A DNA stretch of 64,000 nt. It comes from an uncultured Trueperaceae bacterium (GTDB lineage: Bacteria; Deinococcota; Deinococci; Deinococcales; Trueperaceae). Made by a program: the position numbers and the translations under genes. Positions 1 through 9,049 of the stretch are shown here, one piece after another; the stretch's first letter is position 1, and every line of letters starts with the position of its first letter. The DNA is taken from assembly GCA_963799485.1 (NCBI GenBank), contig CAWCXJ010000008.1, positions 288,001-352,000 on the forward strand, in the 5' to 3' direction. Under the pieces are notes generated by a model, which did not search any database, was not told the DNA's origin, and saw nothing but the letters and a program-made list of their open reading frames with translations.

Positions 1-1652
1 ATGACCTCGGCGACGCGGAACTCGAGCCTGGCAAAATCATCGATCGTCACTTCGGGTTTGTGTTCCAAGGGTTCCTCTTTCATTTCCAGACTTTCGTTGA
101 GCGCGGCTAAGTCTACGCGGGGAAAAAGCGGGCTACCGAGTTTTGTTTGCGTTCCGGTGGTCGTCAAACCCCACTGCGCCGCGTCAGCTAGCGTAAAGGT
201 TCCGCTAAGCCCGAGCTGCGCCCGCAGCTCTTCGGCCTTGTTCGGAATAACGGGCGAGAGGAGGATGCTCGAGCAGCGCAGCGCCTCCAGGCAGGTATAA
301 AGCACCGTATCCAAACGTTTTGCGTTTGCCTCATCTTTGGCGAGCGTCCACGGTTGGGTTTCGGCGATGTATTTGTTCGCCTTGCGCACCGCTTCCAGCA
401 CGCTCTCGATGGCCCGGTCGAACTGCAAACCATCGACCATCTTTGTGATTCTGTTCGGTAAAGAGATAAAGGCGTCTCTGAGCGCTTCGTCGATGGGCTC
501 TAACGTTCCCGTTTCAGGCACGGTGCCGGAACGGTATTTGCCGAGCATCCCCAAAGTTCGGTTGAGCAGATTGCCGAGGTCGTTGGCGAGGTCGGAGTTG
601 ATGCGTTCAGCCAGCCCGACTTCACTAAAACTTGCGTCGAGGCCGAAGGTCATATCGCGTAAAAGGTAGTAACGGAAGGCGTCGTTGCCGTACTTGTCTT
701 TGAGGTCTAGGGGCCGCACCACGTTCCCCTTCGACTTGCTCATCTTGCCGCCGTCTACGAGCCAGTAGCCGTGAACATTCAGGTGTTGATAGATAGGTAA
801 GCCCGCCGATTTGAGCATGGTCGGCCAGAAGACGCCGTGCGGTTTCAAGATGTCTTTGGCGATGAAATGTTCCACGTGCGGCCAGTAGTGGTCTTCGGTG
901 CCGTGACTTTTGAGCGCGGAGTAGTAGTTGATGAGCGCGTCGAACCAGACATAGGTGACGTGGTTTTCATCCCACGGCAGCGGGATGCCCCACGGAACGC
1001 GGGCTCTCGGGCGGCTGATGGACAAGTCGCCGATAGGCTCCCGTAAAATCCCCAAAACCTCGTTGCGGTAGCGTTCGGGCCGGATAAAGTCGGGGTTGTC
1101 TTCGATGTATTCGCGGAGCCACGGGCGGTACTTTTCCATCCGGAAGAAATAATTTTCTTCGCTGCGGTACTCCAACACGATGTCGTGTTGCGGGCACTTA
1201 CCGTCAACGAGTTCTTTTTCGGTGTAGTAGCGTTCGCACCCCGTACAGTAAAGGCCGCCGTACTCGCCAAAAATAATGTCGCCCTTGTCGTAAACGGTTT
1301 GCAGAATCTCGCTGACGACTTTTTTATGACGCTCTTCGGTGGTGCGGATAAACTCGTCGTAAGAAATGCCCAAACTGTCCCAGACGTTGCGAAACTTGCC
1401 TGAGATTTGGTCGGTGTATTCTTGCGGCGTCATTCCCGAGGCTTTCGCTACCTGGTAGATACGTTCGCCGTGTTCGTCGGTGCCGGTCAAAAAGTAGGTG
1501 TCGTCGCCTCTGAGCCGGTGAAAACGGGCGGCAACATCAACCAGCGTGGTGGTGTAGGCGTGCCCGATGTGCGGTTCGGCGTTGACGTAAAAGATGGGCG
1601 TGGTGGCGTAGTAGATATTTTTATCAGATGCGGGTTTATCAGGTTGCGTCAT
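1..1652 (-). CDS. metG: Methionine--tRNA ligase (3' end runs off the window)
   Basis: Manual translation from the ATG at 1652 gives MTQPDKPASDKNIYYATTPIFYVNAEPHIGHAYTT (HIGH motif), with GKMSKSKGN (KMSKS) near 730-750. RBS GAAGGAG upstream. Missing from the ORF track because it has no stop inside the window. Confidence 0.96.
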   Translation of the reverse strand, partial: MTQPDKPASDKNIYYATTPIFYVNAEPHIGHAYTTTLVDVAARFHRLRGDDTYFLTGTDEHGERIYQVAKASGMTPQEYTDQISGKFRNVWDSLGISYDEFIRTTEERHKKVVSEILQTVYDKGDIIFGEYGGLYCTGCERYYTEKELVDGKCPQHDIVLEYRSEENYFFRMEKYRPWLREYIEDNPDFIRPERYRNEVLGILREPIGDLSISRPRARVPWGIPLPWDENHVTYVWFDALINYYSALKSHGTEDHYWPHVEHFIAKDILKPHGVFWPTMLKSAGLPIYQHLNVHGYWLVDGGKMSKSKGNVVRPLDLKDKYGNDAFRYYLLRDMTFGLDASFSEVGLAERINSDLANDLGNLLNRTLGMLGKYRSGTVPETGTLEPIDEALRDAFISLPNRITKMVDGLQFDRAIESVLEAVRKANKYIAETQPWTLAKDEANAKRLDTVLYTCLEALRCSSILLSPVIPNKAEELRAQLGLSGTFTLADAAQWGLTTTGTQTKLGSPLFPRVDLAALNESLEMKEEPLEHKPEVTIDDFARLEFRVAEV

Positions 1653-1670
1653 CGTGTTCTCCTTCAGGCC

Positions 1671-1697
1671 AAAAAAAAAGCGCTTGGGTGCAAGCGC
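1671..1697 (-). terminator. Intrinsic terminator (attenuator) in the metG leader
   Basis: Minus strand reads GCGCTTG-CACC-CAAGCGC followed by T9, about 20 nt before the metG start. Confidence 0.85.
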
Positions 1698-1719
1698 CTG
1701 GAAACGGTTAAGCGTAAAC

Positions 1720-1761
1720 TTAGCCGGGGCCAGGTCTAAGCTGCATCATTCGCCCATTCAT
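1720..1761 (-). CDS. Putative leaderless metG leader peptide MNGRMMQLRPGPG
   Basis: The ATG lies 7 nt after a TATACT -10 box (1769-1774). The ORF has tandem Met codons and stops just before the terminator. Confidence 0.72.
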   Translation of the reverse strand: MNGRMMQLRPGPG

Positions 1762-1910
1762 AAAGTCAAGTATAGCAGAGAACTCGAGAGATCAGCGCTT
1801 GGAATAGCACCACTGGTGTGATGTTGCGCGGCTCGAGCAGAATTTATAGATTTTTTGGCGAAACGCAAGGTTTTGTTTGAACGCCGGCGTCAAGCGCGGG
1901 AGCCGTGAAA

Positions 1911-1935
1911 AGGCTCGAGCGTTTGACTCGAGCCT
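1911..1935. terminator. Hairpin, probable terminator of the beta-propeller gene
   Basis: AGGCTCGAG-7nt-CTCGAGCCT flanked by A and T runs. Confidence 0.5.
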
Positions 1936-1958
1936 CCCTTTTTTCTGCACCGAGGTGT

Positions 1959-3224
1959 CTACTGATCTGTCCAAACCTTGTTACCGCTGCCGTTTCTGCG
2001 GAGCAAAAAGGCGTCTCTGCCCCCGTGATAGCTGCCGCCCTCGAGCGCCCCCGAAGTCGTCCCGGTCAGGTAGAGTTCTTTGCTGTAAGCAATCACGTCA
2101 TCTGCCTGGTCGTAGTTGGCGTTGCCGAACTGTTTTGTCCACTGCGCTGTGCCCGAAGCTGAAAGTTTCCGCATCAAGATGTCGTCTGCGCCTGCGTTTC
2201 TCGCTGCCAGACTGCCACGCGTAACCCCGACTGCGTAGACGTTTCCGGCTGAGTCGGCGGTAATGGTCGTGCCTACGTCGCGCGTTTTGGTGCCGAAGGT
2301 GCGTTGCCACGAAATTGCGCCGCTGAGGGTGTATTTAACGACCAAGATGTCGGACTCGAAAGGGTTTTCAAAAGGGTTATTGGATTCAGGGGGGGCGTAA
2401 TAGGTTTTGTCGCCAACCGCGTAAAGCGCATTTCCAACAACTTCCAGATCAAGGTAGTGCGTATCGGTAACGGGTACACCGAATTCGTTACGTGCGGAGA
2501 GAGGCATAGCGAACATGCTGTAGTATGAAACGTTCCCGGTCGGGCTTACTTTTTGAATATAGTCCCAACAGTAGTCGTCGCAATCTACCGCATACACGTA
2601 AGCATTCCCGCTTTTGTCGATAGCAATGTCTTCGACGCCACCGGGTGCAAGGCCATTATTGCTGGTAATGGTTGCTGAATAAACTTGTGTGCCACTGCTA
2701 GCGTATTTACGCAGTTCGTAGTACGCATTGCCATTATTGGAACGATCCTCGGTCAAGTAGATGTTGCCCCCGGTATCTACCGCCATCGCCATATCCGAGC
2801 AGAAGTTGTAGGTGTGTTTCCACAACAGGAGGCCGTCGGCCCGGTATTTGCTGTGAAAACAAAGGTCACCCTGCCGTCCGGCGACGTAGAGCTGCCCTTT
2901 CGCGTCCGCTGCGATATCTTTGACGATATCGTCGGCAGCGCTGGCAATCTGACGCGTCCAGGCGACTGTTTTGTTGCGGTTGTAACGCCGCAGGTAGATG
3001 TCGAAGCCGCCCCGGTTGGGCGCGTCTAGTGAACCCTTGGTGATGCCGGCCGCGTAAAGTGCGCCGAGTCGCGGGCTAAACGCCAGCTCTTTGCCCTGGT
3101 CTTCGGCAGCTGTTCCCAACGTTTGCGACTCGAGGCCAAAGGCGGCGTCGGTTACCGGCGGCTGAACCTGTGAACAAGCGGCGAGGGTGGTGAGGACGCT
3201 CATAAAGAAGCCGAAACGTTTCAT
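1959..3224 (-). CDS. SBBP-repeat beta-propeller lipoprotein
   Basis: Lipobox LAAC. Repeated 'IAxDxxGNxYxxGxT' and 'GxxxWxxxFG' units. Confidence 0.8.
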   Translation of the reverse strand: MKRFGFFMSVLTTLAACSQVQPPVTDAAFGLESQTLGTAAEDQGKELAFSPRLGALYAAGITKGSLDAPNRGGFDIYLRRYNRNKTVAWTRQIASAADDIVKDIAADAKGQLYVAGRQGDLCFHSKYRADGLLLWKHTYNFCSDMAMAVDTGGNIYLTEDRSNNGNAYYELRKYASSGTQVYSATITSNNGLAPGGVEDIAIDKSGNAYVYAVDCDDYCWDYIQKVSPTGNVSYYSMFAMPLSARNEFGVPVTDTHYLDLEVVGNALYAVGDKTYYAPPESNNPFENPFESDILVVKYTLSGAISWQRTFGTKTRDVGTTITADSAGNVYAVGVTRGSLAARNAGADDILMRKLSASGTAQWTKQFGNANYDQADDVIAYSKELYLTGTTSGALEGGSYHGGRDAFLLRRNGSGNKVWTDQ

Positions 3225-3417
3225 GGCGGAACCTTTCTCGAGGTGAAAGGTTTAGTTTGAGGTACCTGCTTTCACCGCTTGGGAAGTTGGCCAGAGTATA
3301 GGCCAAGTGTGTAGGTTTGGTGTGAGCATCGTGTGAACCTAGCTTTAGACAGCGGGATAAATCCTAGAGGGTTGCTTGCCCTAGCTATTTCTTATCAGCG
3401 CCGCTCGGTAGTCGTAG

Positions 3418-4947
<1,530 letters not shown>

Positions 4948-5128
4948 AAACACAAAAATGCATAAACGAAGCTGCTGAAGGTACGGTATATTGCGCCGCG
5001 TCAAGCTTTAAGGTGACGTGGAGCAATTTTTTCGTGTGCGTGCTGAACGTAAAAAATAACACACGACTAAAATCTTCGGAGACCGGCACGACGGTAAACA
5101 AGGGCTGTACTTTGTGATGTATATACGC

Positions 5129-5157
5129 TTGCATATACCGCAAATCAGTGTTACACT
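5129..5157 (+). promoter_or_regulatory. Sigma70-type promoter of the small-protein island
   Basis: TTGCAT-17 nt-TACACT with an extended -10 TG. Confidence 0.7.
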
Positions 5158-5162
5158 AGACT

Positions 5163-5240
5163 ATGTCCGTTGAGGACACTCGAGGCTTCCAAACCTCCCC
5201 TGAAAACCAAACTTCTTCCCCGCAGTTCAACGACTGCTGA
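5163..5240 (+). CDS. Putative leaderless 25-aa peptide MSVEDTRGFQTSPENQTSSPQFNDC
   Basis: ATG 5 nt after the -10 box. The stop abuts the RBS (GAAAGGT) of the next ORF. Confidence 0.4.
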   Translation: MSVEDTRGFQTSPENQTSSPQFNDC

Positions 5241-5250
5241 AAGGTCAACT

Positions 5251-5394
5251 ATGTACCCACTGCTTAGCGCCACCCTGCTCGCCAATAACCACATCGCCGA
5301 ACTTCAGCGCCACACCAAAAGCGCCCGCGTCGCCCGCGCCGGTCAGCTCGAGCACCGCACCGTACGCATCCCAAGACACTGGACAAACGGTTAA
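5251..5394 (+). CDS. Small protein A (47 aa), MYPLLSATLLANNHIAELQRH...
   Basis: RBS-like AAAGGT. Helical 'HIAELQR..ARVAR' pattern shared with neighbouring small ORFs. Confidence 0.55.
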   Translation: MYPLLSATLLANNHIAELQRHTKSARVARAGQLEHRTVRIPRHWTNG

Positions 5395-5435
5395 ACAACC
5401 CCGCCTGTAAACGAGACTGACGATGTACAGTAACG

Positions 5436-5624
5436 ATGTACAGCACCGACTTTTTGACCGCATACGCCGCTGACAAGATGACCGCCGCGCAACACCACGC
5501 CTGGGCGGAAAGCCTTCGCGTAGGCCGCCGTAACCGTTTAGCGCGGCAGTTTTCTCGCCTGACTACGCGCCTTCAATCCGACCTTGCGAGTACCACCTCA
5601 GCCCCTAAACGCCGAGCTTGCTAA
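5436..5624 (+). CDS. Small protein B (62 aa)
   Basis: Ungapped similarity to ORF 6027-6221 (12/38 identical). Confidence 0.6.
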   Translation: MYSTDFLTAYAADKMTAAQHHAWAESLRVGRRNRLARQFSRLTTRLQSDLASTTSAPKRRAC

Positions 5625-5725
5625 CGTTGTGGCTTTTTACGGCGGCTAGCAATAGCGGGCTTGCGTACAGTCTCGAGTTCTGCTACTACGACAGCCGCCT
5701 GAAAAGGCAGAAAGGAGTAGAGATA

Positions 5726-5812
5726 GTGAATAAGCCGCTGATTCCAATCTGTACAGTTTGTGACACTGTTCATTCTGCCCCTACCCTTTTCACGCGGAGG
5801 CGATTCGTCTAG
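5726..5812 (+). CDS. Putative 28-aa leader peptide MNKPLIPICTVCDTVHSAPTLFTRRRFV
   Basis: Strong RBS AAAGGAG before a GTG start. CxxC motif. The stop lies inside a helix that competes with the downstream terminator. Confidence 0.55.
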   Translation: MNKPLIPICTVCDTVHSAPTLFTRRRFV

Positions 5813-5838
5813 TTCAGGTTTACCCTGCTGCCCCGAGT

Positions 5839-5864
5839 CGTCCCGGTCAGCCGGGACTTTTTTT
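5839..5864 (+). terminator. Intrinsic terminator (possible attenuator)
   Basis: GTCCCGG-TCAG-CCGGGAC followed by T7. Confidence 0.8.
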
Positions 5865-5903
5865 GTACCTTTGGCCTTAGACGACCGCCAGAGAGGAGTT
5901 TGC

Positions 5904-5981
5904 ATGACTGAGCTACGTTGTAGCGACGTAGGCGCACACCCAGAAACCAAAGCCGACCTGATACACCGGGCGAACCGCTAG
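5904..5981 (+). CDS. Putative 25-aa peptide MTELRCSDVGAHPETKADLIHRANR
   Basis: RBS GAGAGGAG 5 nt before the ATG. Confidence 0.4.
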   Translation: MTELRCSDVGAHPETKADLIHRANR

Positions 5982-6026
5982 CCGAATATGGGACGCGGTT
6001 GCCCTCCAGACGATCTAGGAGAAACC

Positions 6027-6221
6027 ATGTACCCTTATCCAAACCGACCCGAGCAGCTTTTACGGGCTGCTCACAGCCGGATGCGAGCCGCGGAGTTGGA
6101 GGCTGAGCACGCACGTTACGCGCCCTCACCGCGCCGCCGTTTAGCTTACGCTTTGCAGGCAGTTGCGGGGTGGCTCGAGCCCGACCTTGCCGCCGAGCCG
6201 TCCGCCAAGCACGTTTACTAA
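6027..6221 (+). CDS. Small protein C (64 aa)
   Basis: RBS AGGAG. RRRLAxxLxxVAxxLEPDL motif shared with proteins B and D. Followed by a terminator. Confidence 0.68.
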   Translation: MYPYPNRPEQLLRAAHSRMRAAELEAEHARYAPSPRRRLAYALQAVAGWLEPDLAAEPSAKHVY

Positions 6222-6240
6222 ACGCCCAACATTCGGTTCG

Positions 6241-6267
6241 CCCAGCCCTCAGTGGCTGGGTTTTTTT
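6241..6267 (+). terminator. Intrinsic terminator
   Basis: CCCAGCC-CTCAGT-GGCTGGG followed by a T run. Confidence 0.75.
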
Positions 6268-6928
6268 AGTGCTCGTCTTCTACCGGCGTAAGGCCGAGGC
6301 GAACGGCGTAGGTCTGGCCTTTGGGATTTTGCTTTTCGCTATAGCGTTTATAAAGCTCGTAAAGGTCTTTTTGCAGCGCCTTGGCAGTCTGAAACGTAAG
6401 CGTCAGGCTGCCGTCGGTAGCAAATAGCGCCTCGGCGTCGGGGGAGAAAAACGCGCTTGCCGTATCGACGCGCCCATCAGTGTGCGGAGTCAACGCAATT
6501 CTGACGCCGCCATCGTCACACGAAACCGCCAAACCCCAGACCGGCGACTGGTGTTGCAATACGCGCGCGGCCTCCCTATGAAAAAGTTTTTCTTGCGGCG
6601 TACTGAGGTCGTAAAGCAGCCGTTCTAACGTCTCACTCGGCGTCACCTGGAATGGGACGAAAAAAACTTCGGCGGTGGCCCGGTACACTTTTACGGCGCG
6701 GCCCCCGCGTTTTTGTTCGCGCACGACCTCGAGTAGTCCCAACTCGGCAAACCTGTTCACCTGGTAAAGCAGGTGCGGGAGTTTGAGCCCGAGTTCTGCG
6801 GCAGCTTCACTCAGCGTCACGTCGCGTTTCATAAAGGGCTCGAGACGTCTTACGCTGTCTGTATTAGTCAGCATACGTGCGGCGGTTTCGTCGGTAATTG
6901 TCAGCTGGTTCAAGAGCTCCCCTTTCAT
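6266..6928 (-). CDS. Winged-HTH (ArsR-like) transcriptional regulator
   Basis: TLSEAAAELGLKLPHLLYQVNRFAELGLLEV...GGRAVKVYRA is an HTH plus wing. Start moved to MKGELL. Divergent from the small ORF and ABC exporter. Confidence 0.8.
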   Translation of the reverse strand: MKGELLNQLTITDETAARMLTNTDSVRRLEPFMKRDVTLSEAAAELGLKLPHLLYQVNRFAELGLLEVVREQKRGGRAVKVYRATAEVFFVPFQVTPSETLERLLYDLSTPQEKLFHREAARVLQHQSPVWGLAVSCDDGGVRIALTPHTDGRVDTASAFFSPDAEALFATDGSLTLTFQTAKALQKDLYELYKRYSEKQNPKGQTYAVRLGLTPVEDEH

Positions 6929-6972
6929 TTGAAGTAGATACGTTTCACTATAGACCCTGTGAGGAGGCGGTG

Positions 6973-7131
6973 ATGAATACTTACGAACAGGCGAAAGAAA
7001 AACTGGCAACGTACCGTTTAGCAGCGGACGTTCGGCGTCAACTTCCCAAAAGAGTATGGCAGGCTGAGCTGGCGCAGGTGCTTAGGAGGGTGGCAGAGCG
7101 GCTCGAGCCCACCCACACAGCGGCGGCGTGA
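6973..7131 (+). CDS. Small protein D (52 aa)
   Basis: RBS GAGGAGG. ELAQVLRRVAERLEP motif. Confidence 0.72.
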   Translation: MNTYEQAKEKLATYRLAADVRRQLPKRVWQAELAQVLRRVAERLEPTHTAAA

Positions 7132-7191
7132 CTTCTGGCAGTCCGTTCCCCGGCTATGCTGGGCTCTATAAGCTGATTCCGGGGAGCTGAT

Positions 7192-8142
7192 ATGCCGGCA
7201 CTCATCGAGGTTGAAAACTTACGCAAAACCTACCGCAAACGCGCGTCGAAAGAGCGGGTTACGGCGGCGCACAGCGTCTCGTTTCAGGTCGCAGAAGGTG
7301 AGATTCTAGGGCTGCTAGGGCCGAACGGCGCGGGTAAAACGACGACTATCAAGATGATTTGCAGTCTCCTCAAACCCGATGCGGGGCGGGTGTTGGTGAG
7401 AGGCATCGATAATCAGCAGCAGCGGTTACAGGCGCTCCGCCACCTCAGCGCCGTTTTGGAAGGAAACCGCAACCTCTACTGGCGTCTAAGCGTCCGCGAA
7501 AACATGCTCTACTTTGCCGGAAACCGGGGTGTGTCGGCGCGGGCGGCGCGGCCTAAAATTGCAGAACTGTTGACGCGTTTTAAGCTGAGCGATAAGGCCG
7601 ACGAACTGGTCAACAACCTCTCGCGGGGGATGCAGCAAAAGCTTGCGATTGCCGTTGCGCTACTTGCCGACACCGACGTCATTTTGCTCGACGAACCGAC
7701 GCTCGGCCTTGACGTGGGGACGGGGCTCGAGGTTCGTGCGCTGCTGCGTGAGGTCGCCGCCGAAGGCCGCACAGTCATCATCTCGACGCACGATATGGAC
7801 GTGGTGCAGGAGCTTTGCGGGCGCACCGTGATTATCAGTGCCGGACGCGTGGTGGCCGACGAGCGGGTCGCGGATTTGCTCGAGCTTTTCGCTACCCGTT
7901 CGTACCGAGTCACACTGGGAGCGCCGCTGAGCAGTGAGCAGCAAAGGCGTATCGCGCAGCGTTTTACGGTGTTTAGCTATGAAGACCTCCTGACCTTAAA
8001 CGTCACTTTAGAGCACCCCGAAGACATTTACGCTTTGATGGACGTGCTGAAGTTGGAGCGCACCCCGGTTGAGGATTTGGGCCGTACCCAACCCGACTTT
8101 GAACAGGTCTTTTTAGAGCTTACGCGAGCCGAACATGGCTAG
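7192..8142 (+). CDS. ABC exporter ATP-binding protein (DrrA/multidrug type)
   Basis: Walker A GPNGAGKTT, signature LSRGM, Walker B LLDEPT. Confidence 0.92.
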   Translation: MPALIEVENLRKTYRKRASKERVTAAHSVSFQVAEGEILGLLGPNGAGKTTTIKMICSLLKPDAGRVLVRGIDNQQQRLQALRHLSAVLEGNRNLYWRLSVRENMLYFAGNRGVSARAARPKIAELLTRFKLSDKADELVNNLSRGMQQKLAIAVALLADTDVILLDEPTLGLDVGTGLEVRALLREVAAEGRTVIISTHDMDVVQELCGRTVIISAGRVVADERVADLLELFATRSYRVTLGAPLSSEQQRRIAQRFTVFSYEDLLTLNVTLEHPEDIYALMDVLKLERTPVEDLGRTQPDFEQVFLELTRAEHG

Positions 8143-8911
8143 TTACCTGAACGTTTTACGGGCCAATCTGCGTAAAGTTGCCACCGAGATGCGGCGCTAC
8201 TTACCCAACACCATCAGCACGGTGATTACCTTTTACGCGATATTCCTGATGTTTTTTCTGGGGATTCAGGTCTTGGGCGCACCAGAAAGTGCCGGGGTGA
8301 ATACGCAGTACGTCATCGTCAGTACGGCGCTGTGGTTTTTGGCGCTGATGGCGATGCAGGGTATCGGCTGGGAGATTACGCTCGAGGCGACGCGCGGCAC
8401 CCTCGAGCAGCTTTATATGTCACCGATGGGTGCGTGGCGGATTTTGCTGGCGCGGATGGTTGGAACGGTTCTGGTGAACCTCGTCATCATCGTGCTGATG
8501 GTCTTTTTGAGTATGCTTACGGCGCGGCAGTGGCTGAATCTCGACCTCGTAACGCTCTTACCTATCTTGTTTTTGACAATTGTCGGGATGCTCGGTGTCG
8601 GCTTTATGGTCGCGGGTTTGGCGCTCGTTTATAAACAGGTCGATTCACTTTTGCAAATCGCGCAGTTCGTCTTTTTGGCGCTTGTGGCTGTGCCGCTCTC
8701 GGCTGCGCCACTCTTAGAACTTGCGCCCGTTGTTAAAGGGGCCGATATGGTGCGCGAAGTGATGGTCGAAGGGAAAGCTTTAGGCGGGTTCGGGGGGCTC
8801 GAGTGGGCCTCTTTAGTCGTCAATGCGGCGGTTTACTTTCTGCTGGGTGTTTTTCTCTACCAACGCGCTGAGCGCCGTGCGCTAAACCGGGGGTTGTTGG
8901 GACAATACTGA
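8135..8911 (+). CDS. ABC-2 type exporter permease
   Basis: Six hydrophobic segments, EATRGTLEQLYMSP motif, overlaps the ATPase stop. Confidence 0.88.
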   Translation: MASYLNVLRANLRKVATEMRRYLPNTISTVITFYAIFLMFFLGIQVLGAPESAGVNTQYVIVSTALWFLALMAMQGIGWEITLEATRGTLEQLYMSPMGAWRILLARMVGTVLVNLVIIVLMVFLSMLTARQWLNLDLVTLLPILFLTIVGMLGVGFMVAGLALVYKQVDSLLQIAQFVFLALVAVPLSAAPLLELAPVVKGADMVREVMVEGKALGGFGGLEWASLVVNAAVYFLLGVFLYQRAERRALNRGLLGQY

Positions 8912-9049
8912 TTTTGTACCGGGCACGTTCTGTTCAGCTTCTTTTAAGTCCGTTGTATACTGCTTTTGTTCTATCATTTACCCCTACCTAAACATAAGTG
9001 GGGGAACATAAAGTAGGGGGATTTCCCAAACACCTTCTAGGAGGCTCCG

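Noticed and set aside
1..1739. Short ORFs listed over 1-1739 in the track
   Set aside because: They are shadow frames of metG, which is missing from the track only because it has no stop inside the window.
5785..5865. Assignment of the structured leader to a known riboswitch class
   Set aside because: I could not recognise guanidine, ZTP, c-di-GMP, fluoride or SAM consensus motifs. Reported as a leader-peptide attenuator candidate instead.
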